A stretch of DNA of 64,000 bases. It comes from an uncultured Pseudomonadota bacterium (GTDB lineage: Bacteria > Pseudomonadota > Gammaproteobacteria > Steroidobacterales > Steroidobacteraceae). Positions 41,153 to 54,345 of this stretch are shown here, in pieces. A program made the translations under genes and the position numbers. Each line of letters opens with the position of its first letter. Position 1 is the stretch's first letter. The notes below the pieces were generated by a model. The model did not search any database and was not told the origin of the DNA. It saw only the letters and a list, made by a program, of their open reading frames with translations. Location of the stretch: assembly GCA_937920275.1 (NCBI GenBank), contig CALGVD010000092.1:13225-77224 (forward strand). Reading direction: 5' to 3'.

Positions 41153-41434
41153 TCAGATCACCATCAAGACGCCTTCGGTGGCGGCGAGCTCGGCCACCAG
41201 TGCGGTGACCTGGGTCCGGCTCTGGGCGACGATGGTGTAGGTGATCGCGGTGAAGTTGCCGGCACCGCTGGCGCGTTCGCTGATGCGAGCAGGATCGAGG
41301 TCCGACACATGCGCTTCGAACACGCCGTCGATGCGCATCCGCAGGCTACGCTCGGATCGTCCGACCACCTTGATGGGGTAGTCGGTCGGGAACTGCAGCG
41401 GGCTTAGGGCCTCGTCGATCGAATCGTTCACCAC
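41153..41434 (-). CDS. ybeD: YbeD-like DUF493 protein
   Basis: 93 aa. FPTDYPIKVVG is characteristic of YbeD. It sits in the dacC...lip neighbourhood, as in enterobacteria and pseudomonads. Confidence 0.8.
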   Translation of the reverse strand: MVNDSIDEALSPLQFPTDYPIKVVGRSERSLRMRIDGVFEAHVSDLDPARISERASGAGNFTAITYTIVAQSRTQVTALVAELAATEGVLMVI

Positions 41435-42300
41435 GGCTGTTCTGCAAGATCGACGATCAACTCAGAGAATGCGGCGTCGATGCGGTGCCATGCAGGGCCC
41501 GGGCGACCGGTGCCGACCGGCGCGCCATCGAGACGCGTGACGGGCGAGGCCCGTCGTGTCGCCGACGCCAACCAGATCTCATCCGCCCCGCGCAGCTCGG
41601 CTTCGGACACCTCGCGGGTCTCGCGCGCCAGACCGATGTGGTCGGCCAGTTCTTCCACCACACTGCGGGTGGTCCCCGGGAGGATACGCTGCGACTCGGG
41701 CGGTGTGACCAAGCGACCGCCGCTGATGATGTGTACGGTCGAGGTGCTGGCCTCCATCAGCGCACCCTCGCGCAGCAGGATGGTCTCGTGGGCGCCCGCA
41801 TCGACCGACAGTTGTCGCAGCAGCACATTGGCGAGGAGGGCGGTGGACTTGATGTCGCAGCGCGCCCAGCGGGTGTCCTCGGCGGTGATGCAGGCGAGGC
41901 CGTCGGCACGCGCTTCGGGCGACAGCTGCGGCAGCGGCGCGCAGAAAGCGAACACGGTGGGTGGGACGACCGGCAACGGCGCGTGGTTGCGGCCGAACTC
42001 CGCGCCGCGTGAGACCTGCACATAGGCGTAGAGATCACCGCCACCATTGCGGACCATGAGTTCACGCACCAGCGCCCGCCAACCGTCGCGGCTGTGCGGG
42101 TCGCGCAGCCGGATGGCGTCGGCGCTGCGCGTCAAGCGGGCGAAATGTTCGTTGAAGCGGAACGGACGCCCCGCGAACACCGGCACGACTTCGTACACGC
42201 CGTCGCCGAACAGGAAACTGCGGTCGAGCGGTGAGATCCGCGCTTCGCGCAGCGGCAGCCACTCCCCGTTGAGGTGGCAGATGGGCATCGGCTCAGCCAT
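41428..42300 (-). CDS. Fold-type IV aminotransferase (D-amino-acid aminotransferase-like)
   Basis: 290 aa. RSFLFGDGVYEV, and a YVQVSRG block. The catalytic Lys was not identified by eye. I cannot separate Dat from IlvE or PabC specificity by eye. Confidence 0.75.
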   Translation of the reverse strand: MAEPMPICHLNGEWLPLREARISPLDRSFLFGDGVYEVVPVFAGRPFRFNEHFARLTRSADAIRLRDPHSRDGWRALVRELMVRNGGGDLYAYVQVSRGAEFGRNHAPLPVVPPTVFAFCAPLPQLSPEARADGLACITAEDTRWARCDIKSTALLANVLLRQLSVDAGAHETILLREGALMEASTSTVHIISGGRLVTPPESQRILPGTTRSVVEELADHIGLARETREVSEAELRGADEIWLASATRRASPVTRLDGAPVGTGRPGPAWHRIDAAFSELIVDLAEQPW

Positions 42301-42333
42301 GAGGCTCTCCCATGAGAGATCTGGAACGCGGCA

Positions 42334-43512
42334 TCACTGCCACCACAGCAAGACAGTATCGCGCAGCTTCGGCCAAAGGCCACCCTCGGCCACCGCCGAC
42401 TGCGCGACCAACGGGATCCGCGCGATGACCTTCCCGTCCTCTTGGACCTGCAGTTCGCCGACACGCTGCCGTGCAGCGATCGGTGCGATCAACCGCGGTT
42501 CGAGCACCGGCACGGTGCGCAGTGCGCCGGCTCGGCCGCGCTGCGTGGTGACCGCCACCTCGGTGGCCGGCACCACCGCCAACTGGTCGCTGGCGCCTTT
42601 GTAGAGGCGGGGCCGCAGGATGACCTCGTCGGCTCGGCGCAGGCGCACGGTCTGGAAGTGCCGGAATCCGTGCTCCAGCAGCGTCAGGCTCGCCTCTTCA
42701 CGCACTCTGGGGGAGACGGCACCGAGCACCACCGCGATCATCCGCGTGCCGCTGCGTTCGGCAGAGCTTGCCAGGCAGTAGGCGGCGCTCGAGGTGTGAC
42801 CGGTCTTGAGACCGTCCACCCCCGCATCGCGCGTCAGCAGACCGTTGCGGTTCGGTTGACGGATGCCGCCCCACTCGTATTCGCGCAGCGAGTACCAGCG
42901 ATAGTGGTCCGGGAACTCGCGTATCAGTGCCCGCGAGAGCAGGGCGATGTCCCGTGCGCTCGAATACAGGGCTGGATCCGGCAAGCCGGTGGCATTGGTG
43001 AAGTTCGAGTCCTTCATGCCGAGCCGCTTGGCCTCGGCATTCATCAGCGTCGCAAAAGCGGCCTCCGAGCCCGCGACCTTCTCCGCGAGGGCGATCGCGG
43101 CATCGTTACCCGATTGCACGATCATGCCCTTGAGCAGCACCTCGACCGGCACCTGCTTGCCGACCTCGACGAAGGTGCGCGAGCCCTCTGCGCGCCACGC
43201 ACGCTCGCTGATCGTCACCGTCTCATCGAGGCGCAGACGGCCGGCTGCGATCTGTCGGAACACCACCATCGCGGTCATCAATTTGGTGATGCTGGCCGGT
43301 TCGGCGCGTCGGGCGGCGTCCTGCGCGGCGAGCGTCCGGCCATTGGCCTGGTCGATGAGGATGAACTGCCGCGCCGGTACCGGGCCAGGCAGCGCGGGCA
43401 AGGCCGTCGCAGCGCTGTGGGCCGTCGGCGTATCGAGCAGCAACAGTATGCTCGACAGCACCGCCAGGATGTGGCGGGCCGTGGACGGGGCTGGATTCAA
43501 TGAAATCGTCAA
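42334..43512 (-). CDS. dacC: D-alanyl-D-alanine carboxypeptidase (PBP5/6 class)
   Basis: 392 aa with a signal peptide, SITKLMT (SxxK), SGND (SxN) and KTGHT (KTG). Confidence 0.9.
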   Translation of the reverse strand: MTISLNPAPSTARHILAVLSSILLLLDTPTAHSAATALPALPGPVPARQFILIDQANGRTLAAQDAARRAEPASITKLMTAMVVFRQIAAGRLRLDETVTISERAWRAEGSRTFVEVGKQVPVEVLLKGMIVQSGNDAAIALAEKVAGSEAAFATLMNAEAKRLGMKDSNFTNATGLPDPALYSSARDIALLSRALIREFPDHYRWYSLREYEWGGIRQPNRNGLLTRDAGVDGLKTGHTSSAAYCLASSAERSGTRMIAVVLGAVSPRVREEASLTLLEHGFRHFQTVRLRRADEVILRPRLYKGASDQLAVVPATEVAVTTQRGRAGALRTVPVLEPRLIAPIAARQRVGELQVQEDGKVIARIPLVAQSAVAEGGLWPKLRDTVLLWWQ

Positions 43513-43572
43513 GCGGTTCTCCGGTGGGGTGGGATCAGGGCCGCGTATTGTAGCGGCTGCGGGACGATCAGC

Positions 43573-44436
43573 TCACTCCGGTGCGAGGCGGGCGTCCGGG
43601 ATCCCGGCATCGCGCAGCTGCGTCGTGAGCCGCATCGCCTGCCCGGCGTCGACCACGGGTCCGACACGGACACGATAGAGCAACCGATCTCCGACCCGTG
43701 CTTCGCGGACGCTCGCGCCAGAGATGCCCGCGGCGGTGAGCCTCGCCACCAAGGCCGAGGCATTGGCACTCGATGCAAAGGAGCCGACCTGCAAGTACCG
43801 GCTGCCAGTGATCGTGCCAGTGGCGAGCTGTGGGGGTGGCGTTAGGGCGATAGGTGGTGGGATGAGTGGTGCGCTGGGCGGGGCGCTCGATCGAGCGTCG
43901 AGCACGCGTATCTCGACCCTCGCCGTGCCTGCTCGCAGCATGTCGAGCTTCGCGGCGGCGGTGTAGGAGAGATCGATGATCCGCTCGTCCACGAACGGAC
44001 CTCGATCGTTCACGCGTACCACGACCGATCGGCCGTTCTCGAGGTTGGTGACCCGCACATAGGCCGGTATCGGCAAGGTCTTGTGCGCGGCGGTCATCGC
44101 ATACATGTCGTACGGTTCGCCGCTCGAGGTGCGTTCGGAATGGAAGCCTGGGCCGTACCATGAGGCCAGACCTCGCTCCACATGGCCCTTACCGGACTTC
44201 ATGAGCTTGTAGCGTTTGCCGAAGACCTCATAGGTCTCGGGGTTGCCGTAACGGCTGCGGGGCTCGTCGCGCGGTACCGCGTCCGGGATCGCGTCGAGGT
44301 CGCGCGGCGGCGCGGGCACCGCCGTATCGGCAGCCGGGGGATCGGGTGTGCGTTGCAGCAGGCTGCATCCCGGGAGCACCGTGAACACCGGCAGCGCCCA
44401 GAGCCAGCCCCGACATGCCCTGCGCTCGCTGTGCAT
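43573..44436 (-). CDS. rlpA: Septal-ring lytic transglycosylase RlpA (lipoprotein, DPBB + SPOR domains)
   Basis: 287 aa. Lipobox LPGC, DPBB block ASWYGPGFHSERTSSGEPYD...VRVNDRGPF, and a C-terminal SPOR domain (YLQVGSFASSANA). Confidence 0.9.
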   Translation of the reverse strand: MHSERRACRGWLWALPVFTVLPGCSLLQRTPDPPAADTAVPAPPRDLDAIPDAVPRDEPRSRYGNPETYEVFGKRYKLMKSGKGHVERGLASWYGPGFHSERTSSGEPYDMYAMTAAHKTLPIPAYVRVTNLENGRSVVVRVNDRGPFVDERIIDLSYTAAAKLDMLRAGTARVEIRVLDARSSAPPSAPLIPPPIALTPPPQLATGTITGSRYLQVGSFASSANASALVARLTAAGISGASVREARVGDRLLYRVRVGPVVDAGQAMRLTTQLRDAGIPDARLAPE

Positions 44437-45515
44437 CAGGGTGCGGCGGCGCCCGTCCGTGCTTTCAGCGCATCGGCGAGGTCATGCACGGCCATCGCGT
44501 AGAGGATGCTGCGGTTGTAGCGGGTGATGACGCGGAAATTCGCGAACCCCACCCGCACACCCGGTCCATCGCGCTGCTCCGCCGGGATGAGGATCAGCGG
44601 CGTGTCGGCGGTGACGGCCGGATCGAAGCGGACACCGCGTGCCCGCAGGCTCGCAGCGGTGTCTTTGAGGTCGAGGTTGCGGCGGTCGAGGGCCGCGAAG
44701 ACCGCCTCCGGGGCGGTGGCTTCTGTGAGCACCCGCGCACCGCGTTGCCAGCCGCTCGCGACGAAATAGTTGGCGACGCTGGAGAGTACATCATCCCAGT
44801 CCGTGAACAGGTCCCGCCGACCATCGCCCGAGCCGTCGACCGCCAAGCGGCGATAGCTCGATGGCATGAACTGGGGCGAACCCATCGCACCTGCGTAGGA
44901 GCCGAGCGCGGTCTTGGGATCGAGACGCTCCTCGCGCACCAGCAGCACGAACTGCTCGAGCTCTGAGAGGAAGAATTTGCTGCGTCGCGGGTAGTCGAAG
45001 CCGAGGGTCATCAGCGCATCGAGCACGCGCCAAGTGCCGGCACGGCGTCCATAGGAGGACTCGACGCCGATGATCGCGACCAGATAAGCCGCATCGACAC
45101 CGGTGCGCGCGCTGATGGCGTCGAGCCTCTGGCGATGGGTCTTCCAGAACTCCGTGCCTTCGGCGATGCGCTGTTCGGAGACGAGCTTCTCGCGATATTG
45201 CCACCAGGTCATCACGCTCTCGGCTGGGCGGCTGATGGCGGCGAGGATCGCCGGCTGTCGCCGGCCGGTCGCGAGCAGATCGCGCAGATCCTTGGCGGGT
45301 ATCGAGTGGCGTGTGGCGACGTCGTCGATCCAGCCGGCGATGTCGGTGCGGCCGAGATCGAAGGGCGTCGGCGGCTCGGGTGCGACCGCAGCCGGGGCAG
45401 TCGCAGGCGGGGGAGTTGCAGCCGGGGGAGTCTGCGCGATGCTGCTCGATGCGCTGCACACGCTGAGCAGCAGCAACGGCAGGACGGTGATCAGGTCTTT
45501 CATGCGGTTCATCAT
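44436..45515 (-). CDS. mltB: Lytic murein transglycosylase B family
   Basis: 359 aa with a signal peptide, VAIIGVESSYG (catalytic Glu) and GAMGSPQFMPSSY. Confidence 0.88.
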   Translation of the reverse strand: MMNRMKDLITVLPLLLLSVCSASSSIAQTPPAATPPPATAPAAVAPEPPTPFDLGRTDIAGWIDDVATRHSIPAKDLRDLLATGRRQPAILAAISRPAESVMTWWQYREKLVSEQRIAEGTEFWKTHRQRLDAISARTGVDAAYLVAIIGVESSYGRRAGTWRVLDALMTLGFDYPRRSKFFLSELEQFVLLVREERLDPKTALGSYAGAMGSPQFMPSSYRRLAVDGSGDGRRDLFTDWDDVLSSVANYFVASGWQRGARVLTEATAPEAVFAALDRRNLDLKDTAASLRARGVRFDPAVTADTPLILIPAEQRDGPGVRVGFANFRVITRYNRSILYAMAVHDLADALKARTGAAAP

Positions 45516-46651
45516 CAGGCGGCAAGTTTCCGGTTGGCGTGCAGTGCCATGAGCATACCGAACCCTGCCAACAGGGTCACCATGGAAGTCCCGCCGTAGC
45601 TGACGAGCGGCAGCGGCACACCGACCACGGGCAGGAGTCCGCTCACCATGCCCGCGTTGATGAATACATAGACGAAGAAGATGGTCGCGAGGCAGCCGGA
45701 CAGCAGTCGCGCGAAGGTGTCACGCATCTGCGAGGCGAGATAGAGCGCCCGCGCCACCACGGCAAGGTAGAGCGCAAGCAGCAACAATGCACCGAGCAGC
45801 CCGAGTTCCTCGCCGATCACGGCGAACACGAAATCGGTGGAGCGTTCCGGCAGGAACTCCAGTTGTCCTTGCGTACCCTGCAGATAGCCCTTACCGGTGA
45901 CGCCGCCCGAACCGATCGCGATCGTGGACTGGATGATGTGGTAACCCGCGCCGAGCGGATCGGACTGCGGATCGAGGAAGGTGAGCACGCGTTGTCGTTG
46001 GTAGTCGTGCAACAGGTACCAGCCGCCCCAAGCTGCTGCGACGCTGGCGCCGCCGAGCAGCGCGATGATCCACGCTTGCAGACCGGCGAACAGCACGACG
46101 AGTCCGCCCGACATGAGGATCAACAGGCCGGTACCGAGATCCGGTTGTACGATCGTCAGCAAGGTCGGTACCAAGATGATCACGGCCAGAATGAGCAAGG
46201 TCTTGCCGTCCGGAGGCAGCGCGCGTTCACGCAGGTACCAGGCGCAGGCCATCGGCACCGCGAGCTTCATGATCTCGGAGGGCTGGAAGCGGAACAGCCC
46301 GAGATCCAGCCATCGTTGCGCGCCTTTGCCGACATAGCCTATGGCATCGACGATGATGAGCAGCACGAGCCCGACCAGATACAGCCAGGGCGACAGACGG
46401 CGCAGCTGGCCGGGCTTGATCTGCGCGCAGACCAACATCGCCAGTGCACCGATGCAGAGCCGGATCGATCCGCGTACGACCGTGTTCCAGTCGCCGCCCG
46501 AGGCGCTGTAGAGGACGAACTGACCATACACGGCGATCAGGGCGAGGCCGAGCACGAGGGGGCCGTCGAGCTGCAGCGCGCCGAGGATGCGCGTGCTGCG
46601 CGTGAGCGTACGGCGGGCCGTGCTCTCCACATCTTCACGCATCCTCGTCAC
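45515..46651 (-). CDS. rodA: Rod-shape-determining SEDS protein RodA
   Basis: 378 aa polytopic protein. FtsW/RodA/SpoVE pattern (TDFVFAVIGEELG, LPLVSYGGTS). Confidence 0.95.
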   Translation of the reverse strand: MTRMREDVESTARRTLTRSTRILGALQLDGPLVLGLALIAVYGQFVLYSASGGDWNTVVRGSIRLCIGALAMLVCAQIKPGQLRRLSPWLYLVGLVLLIIVDAIGYVGKGAQRWLDLGLFRFQPSEIMKLAVPMACAWYLRERALPPDGKTLLILAVIILVPTLLTIVQPDLGTGLLILMSGGLVVLFAGLQAWIIALLGGASVAAAWGGWYLLHDYQRQRVLTFLDPQSDPLGAGYHIIQSTIAIGSGGVTGKGYLQGTQGQLEFLPERSTDFVFAVIGEELGLLGALLLLALYLAVVARALYLASQMRDTFARLLSGCLATIFFVYVFINAGMVSGLLPVVGVPLPLVSYGGTSMVTLLAGFGMLMALHANRKLAA

Positions 46652-48579
46652 TCCCCGTCCCCCGTGTCTGCGATGGCGGTGTCCACATCCTCGCCCGGGG
46701 CTGGGGGAAACTTACGCAGCAGGTAGGCATCCATCACCGAGCGGGCGATCGGCGCCGCCGTGCCGCTACCGCTGCGGCCGTTCTCGACCAGCACGACGAC
46801 CGCGATCCGGGGGGCCTCCACCGGTGCGAAGGCGATGAACCACGCGTGGTCGCGCAGCCGTTCCGAGATGGTCGATTCGTCGTAGCGCGCGTTCTGGGCG
46901 ATGCTGAACACCTGCGCCGTGCCGGTCTTGCCGGCGATCGAGTACTCCGCGCCCGTAGCAGCCCGGCTTGCGGTACCGCCCTGCATGACGGCCACCATGC
47001 TCTGCACCGCGACATCCCAATCGGCCTGATCGCGTAACTGGACTGTGGGCAGCTGGGCGGGCGGCACCGGTGTCTCGACGCGGGTGACCGGGTCGCGCAG
47101 AGCCCGTACCAGCCGCGGCCGGTGGCTCGCGCCGCGCATCGCGAGCACGGCGGTCATCTGGGCGAGTTGCATGGGGGTGCTGGTCATGTAGCCCTGGCCG
47201 ATGCCGAAGATCACCGTCTCGCCGGGGAACCAGACCTGTTGCTCGGCGCGCTTGAAGGCGCTGCGCTTCCATGCTGGTGACGGCAGGAGGCCGGATTTTT
47301 CGCCGCCGACATCGAGGCCGGTCGGTCCGCCAAGGCCGAAACGCCCGAGGAATTCCTGCAGGCGTTCGACCCCGAGTTGGGTGGCGAGCGCGTAGAAGTA
47401 GATATCACAGGATTGCGCCACCGCTTCGATCAGCGCGACGCTGCCGTGGCCGCTGCGCTTCCAGTCGCGGAAACGATGGCTGCTGCCCGGCAGCGAGTAC
47501 CAACCCGGGCAGGCACGGGTCGTGGTCGGTGTCACGAGACCGTGCTCGAGACCCGCGAGTGCGACCACAGGCTTGATCGTCGAGCCCGGTGGATAGGTGC
47601 CGCGCAGCGCGCGATTGAACAACGGACGGTCCAGATCGTCGTTGAGCGCCGCGAACTCGGCACGGGTCAGGCCGCGCGCGAAGCTGTTGGGATCGAACCC
47701 GGGACGGCTCACGAGCGCGATCACCTCGCCGTTGCGCGGGTCGAGCGCGATGATGGCAGCACGCTGTCCCTGTACCGCTTGTTCGGCGACCCGCTGCACT
47801 TCGAGGTCGAGCGTCAGGTAGAGATCGGCCCCGTGCTTCGCCGCGACCGTGCGTAGCGGCTCGTCCAGCACCGCCTCGCGGTCTACCGGGCGTCCCTGCG
47901 CGTTGACCATGATCTGCCGCGATCCTTTGCGTCCGCGCAGCGCATCTTCGAACGTCCCCTCGACCCCGATCTTGCCGATGGTGGAGATGCCGGCGTATTC
48001 CTCACGATCGACCCGCTCGAGATCGGATTCCGAGAGGGCGCCGACATAGCCCACCGCGTGCACCGCCGTTTCGCCTTGCGGGTAGTGCCGCGCCAATCGC
48101 GTACGGATGTCGACGCCCGGGAAGCGATGGCGGTGCAGCGCGAAGCGCGCCATATCCTCTTCGCTGAGCCGCAACCTGATCGGTACGCTGTCGAACGGCC
48201 GGCGCGAACGGATGGCGCGACGCACGAAGTCGAGGTCGTCGGGGTCCAGTACGCCGATGTCGACGAGCTCCGCCAGCGTGGCCTCGACGTCCTTGACCTG
48301 TTCCCGGACGAGCTCAAGTTGGTAGGCGGGGCGGTTCTCGGCGAGCACCGCCCCGGAGCGGTCGTAGATCATGCCGCGCGGCGCAGGCAGCGGTTCGACG
48401 CGCACGCGGTTGCCTTGCGCGAGGTCGGTGAAGTGGTCGTAGCGCTGGACCTGTAGCCAGTGCAGCCGCGACACTAACACCGCTGCAAGCAATCCGATCA
48501 AGACGGTCGCGGTGATGGCGCGTTGCTCGAACAAGCGCTGTTCGCGCCATAGGTCCTTGATGCGTCCCCGTGCCGCCAT
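46648..48579 (-). CDS. mrdA: Penicillin-binding protein 2 (elongasome transpeptidase)
   Basis: 643 aa. STIKP (SxxK), SCD (SxD, the PBP2 variant of SxN) and KTGTA (KTG). Overlaps rodA by 4 nt. Confidence 0.95.
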   Translation of the reverse strand: MAARGRIKDLWREQRLFEQRAITATVLIGLLAAVLVSRLHWLQVQRYDHFTDLAQGNRVRVEPLPAPRGMIYDRSGAVLAENRPAYQLELVREQVKDVEATLAELVDIGVLDPDDLDFVRRAIRSRRPFDSVPIRLRLSEEDMARFALHRHRFPGVDIRTRLARHYPQGETAVHAVGYVGALSESDLERVDREEYAGISTIGKIGVEGTFEDALRGRKGSRQIMVNAQGRPVDREAVLDEPLRTVAAKHGADLYLTLDLEVQRVAEQAVQGQRAAIIALDPRNGEVIALVSRPGFDPNSFARGLTRAEFAALNDDLDRPLFNRALRGTYPPGSTIKPVVALAGLEHGLVTPTTTRACPGWYSLPGSSHRFRDWKRSGHGSVALIEAVAQSCDIYFYALATQLGVERLQEFLGRFGLGGPTGLDVGGEKSGLLPSPAWKRSAFKRAEQQVWFPGETVIFGIGQGYMTSTPMQLAQMTAVLAMRGASHRPRLVRALRDPVTRVETPVPPAQLPTVQLRDQADWDVAVQSMVAVMQGGTASRAATGAEYSIAGKTGTAQVFSIAQNARYDESTISERLRDHAWFIAFAPVEAPRIAVVVLVENGRSGSGTAAPIARSVMDAYLLRKFPPAPGEDVDTAIADTGDGE

Positions 48580-48582
48580 CGC

Positions 48583-49049
48583 TCAACGGGTCCCGGCGGT
48601 ACGGGATGTGCCCCAGATCATCAACAAAGGCCAGATGACCGCACCGGTCAGCGCTGTCACCCAGCGTGTGGCGTCGCCGGTCGCACTTCCGGTGAACGCT
48701 TCGATGAGCCAGCAGGTCGCGACCCACGCCGACAGCAGCGCCAAAACGAAGAAGGACTGCTCGAGGAGCGGCTTGGTGCGGACCAGCAGGTGCTGGCGTA
48801 TGGCGATGTAGGCCACCAACGCGGTGGCGAGCGCATGCTGTCCGAGCACCACGCCTTGGTAGACGTCGATGGCGAGCCCGGTGAAGAAGCCGAGTGCGAT
48901 CCCGCCGATACGCGGTGCCGTCAGCGACCAAAATATGACCAAAAGCACTGCGAACGGCGGCCGCAGCATCTCGAGAGCCGAGGGCAGTGGGACCGCCTGC
49001 AGCACGAAAGCCGCGAGCGTCGACAGCACGACCGAGCTGCGTGAGTCGG

Positions 49050-49053
<4 letters not shown>
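48583..49053 (-). CDS. mreD: Rod-shape-determining protein MreD
   Basis: Start at the ATG at 49053, overlapping the mreC stop (ATGA). A small polytopic protein in the canonical position. Confidence 0.85.
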
Positions 49054-51403
<2,350 letters not shown>

Positions 51404-51407
<4 letters not shown>

Positions 51408-52876
51408 GTGCCTTGCCGTCACTGCCCGCGCCGACCGTAGCCGGGCTCGCCCGCGGGCTGCTCAACGGGGAATACTCGAGCGTCGAACTCACCCGGGCCT
51501 GCCTCGATCGCATCGCTGCCGGCCAGCCCGCCCTCAACGCCTTCGTCACGGTCACAGCCGAGGGCGCCTTGGCCGCCGCGCAGGCCGCCGATGACGCCCG
51601 GGCTGCCGGCCGCGCGGGCCCGCTGACCGGCGTGCCGATCGCCCACAAAGACATCTTCTGCACCGAGGGGGTGCGCACCACCTGCGGCTCGAAGATGCTT
51701 GCGGATTTCGTCTCCCCGTACGACGCCACGGTCGTCTCCGGCCTCAAGGCGGCGGGCACGGTGATGCTCGGTAAGCTGAACATGGACGAGTTCGCGATGG
51801 GCTCATCGAACGAGACGAGCTACTTCGGGCCGGTGCGCAACCCCTGGGATCCGGCGCTGGTGCCCGGCGGCTCCTCCGGCGGCTCAGCGGCGGCCGTCGC
51901 AGCCCGTCTCGTGCCGGCGGCCACGGCCACCGATACCGGGGGCTCCATCCGTCAGCCCGCCGCGCTCTGCGGTGTGACCGGCATCAAGCCGACCTACGGT
52001 CGCGCCAGCCGCTACGGCATGATCGCCTTCGCTTCGAGCCTCGATCAGGCGGGGCTCATCACCGTCAGCGCCGAGGACGCCGCGCTGCTGCTCGGTCCGA
52101 TGTCGGGTTTCGATCCGCGCGATTCGACCAGCGTCGATTCCCCCGTGCCCGACTATATGGCGACCCTCGGCGACTCCCTCGAGGGTCTCACCCTCGGCGT
52201 GGTGCGCGAGTTCTTCGACAAGGGCCTCGACGGCGACTGCGAGCAGCGGATCCGCGAAGCGATCGCGGTCTACGAGCGTCTCGGCGCCAAGGTCCGTGAG
52301 GTCAGCTGCCCGAATCTGCCGCTGTCCGTGCCCACCTACTACGTGGTCGCACCCGCCGAGTGCTCCTCGAACCTCGCGCGCTTCGACGGCGTCCGCTTCG
52401 GTCATCGCTGCGACGCCCCGCGGAACCTCGCCGACCTCTACTCGCGCTCGCGCGGTGAGGGCTTCGGCGCTGAGGTCAAGCGCCGGATCATGACCGGCAC
52501 CTATGTGCTGTCGGCCGGCTACTTCGACGCCTATTACCTCAAGGCCCAGCGCGTGCGACAGCTCATCAGCGCCGATTTCGCCCGGGCTTTCGCGGACTGC
52601 GACCTGCTGCTCGGGCCGACCTCGCCCACGACCGCGTTCGCCATCGGCGCCAAGTGCGACGACCCGATCACCATGTACCTCAACGACATCTACACCATCG
52701 GCGCGAACCTCGCGGGTCTGCCGGCGATGTCGCTGCCTTGTGGTTTCGCGGGTGGCCTGCCCGTCGGCCTGCAGCTGATCGGCCCGCATTTCTCCGAGGG
52801 ACGCATGTTGAACGCCGCCCATCGCTACCAACAGGAGACCGATTGGCACCTTCGCGCGCCGTCGGTGTGGGCCTGA
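51404..52876 (+). CDS. gatA: Asp/Glu-tRNA(Asn/Gln) amidotransferase subunit A
   Basis: ATG at 51404 overlaps the gatC stop (ATGA). Amidase signature [13 protein letters not shown]. The long upstream part of track ORF 50945..52876 is spurious. Confidence 0.96.
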
Positions 52877-52878
52877 AC

Positions 52879-54345
52879 ATGGCGGGCTCAGATATGGCGG
52901 GCACGGACAGCGGATGGGAAACCGTCATCGGCCTCGAGATCCACGCGCAGCTCGCCACGCGCTCCAAGATCTTCTCGGGCTCCGCCACCGCCTACGGCGC
53001 CCTTCCCAACACCCAAGCGAACCTCGTCGATCTCGGCTATCCGGGTGTGCTGCCGGTGCTGAACGGTGAAGCGGTACGGATGGCGGTGTGCTTCGGTCTC
53101 GCCATCGGTGCACGGATCGCGCCGCGCTCGGTGTTCGCCCGCAAGAACTACTTCTACCCGGATCTGCCCAAGGGCTACCAGATCAGCCAATACGAGCTGC
53201 CGATCGTGGCGGAGGGCGTGCTCGAGGTCGTGCTCGACGACGGTGTGCGAAAGCGCATCGGCATCACGCGTGCCCACCTCGAGGAGGACGCCGGCAAGTC
53301 GTTGCACGAAGGTCTGCCGGGCCTCACCGGCATCGATCTCAACCGCGCGGGCACTCCGCTCATCGAGATCGTCAGCGAGCCGGACATGCGTTCCGCGCGC
53401 GAAGCCATCGCCTACATGAAGAAGGTGCACACCTTGGTGCGCTACCTCGGCATCTGCGACGGCAACATGCAGGAAGGTTCTTTCCGTTGCGATGCCAACG
53501 TCTCGGTGCGGCGGCGGGGCGCAGAGCAGTTCGGCACCCGTGCCGAGATCAAGAACCTCAACTCCTTCCGTTTCGTCGAGAAAGCCATCAACTTCGAGGT
53601 CGAGCGCCAGATCGAGCTGATCGAATCCGGCGGCAAGGTGGTGCAGGAGACGCGGCTCTACGACCCTGACAAAGGCGAGACGCGCTCGATGCGCTCCAAA
53701 GAGGCCGCCAACGATTACCGTTACTTCCCCGATCCCGATCTGTTGCCGGTGCTGCTCGAACCCGCCTTCATCGAGGCCGTGCGCGCCACGCTGCCCGAAC
53801 TGCCGGACGCCAAGGCGGCCCGGTTCGTGCGCGATCACGGCCTCTCCGATTATGACGCGGGTGTCCTCACCGCGAGCCGTGAGATCGCGGCCTTCTATGA
53901 GGATGTCCTGCAGCGTGTCGGCAGCGATCCCAAACTCTGCGCGAACTGGGTGATGGGCGACTTCTCAGCCTTCCTCAACCGCGACAACCTCGAGGTGGGC
54001 GCGGCGAAGGTGGATGCTGCTCACCTCGCCGGTCTGGTCTCGCGCATCGTCGATGCGACCATCTCCGGCAAGATCGCCAAAGAGATCTTCGAGGCGATGT
54101 GGGAGAGCGGCGCCTCGGCGGACGCGGTCATCGAGCAGAAGGGCCTGCGCCAGATCACCGACACGGGCGCCATCGAGGCGGCCATCGACGAAGTGATGGC
54201 GAAGAACCCCGGCCAGCTTGCTGACTACCGCTCCGGTAAGGACAAACTGTTCGGGTTCTTCGTCGGTCAAGTGATGAAGGCCACCGGCGGCAAGGCGAAC
54301 CCTGCGCAGCTCAATGAGCTCCTCAAGGCGAAGCTCGCCGGATGA
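52879..54345 (+). CDS. gatB: Asp/Glu-tRNA(Asn/Gln) amidotransferase subunit B
   Basis: Start at the ATG at 52879, or at the duplicated ATG at 52894. [13 protein letters not shown], and the C-terminal YqeY-like tail [13 protein letters not shown]. Confidence 0.96.
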   Translation: MAGSDMAGTDSGWETVIGLEIHAQLATRSKIFSGSATAYGALPNTQANLVDLGYPGVLPVLNGEAVRMAVCFGLAIGARIAPRSVFARKNYFYPDLPKGYQISQYELPIVAEGVLEVVLDDGVRKRIGITRAHLEEDAGKSLHEGLPGLTGIDLNRAGTPLIEIVSEPDMRSAREAIAYMKKVHTLVRYLGICDGNMQEGSFRCDANVSVRRRGAEQFGTRAEIKNLNSFRFVEKAINFEVERQIELIESGGKVVQETRLYDPDKGETRSMRSKEAANDYRYFPDPDLLPVLLEPAFIEAVRATLPELPDAKAARFVRDHGLSDYDAGVLTASREIAAFYEDVLQRVGSDPKLCANWVMGDFSAFLNRDNLEVGAAKVDAAHLAGLVSRIVDATISGKIAKEIFEAMWESGASADAVIEQKGLRQITDTGAIEAAIDEVMAKNPGQLADYRSGKDKLFGFFVGQVMKATGGKANPAQLNELLKAKLAG

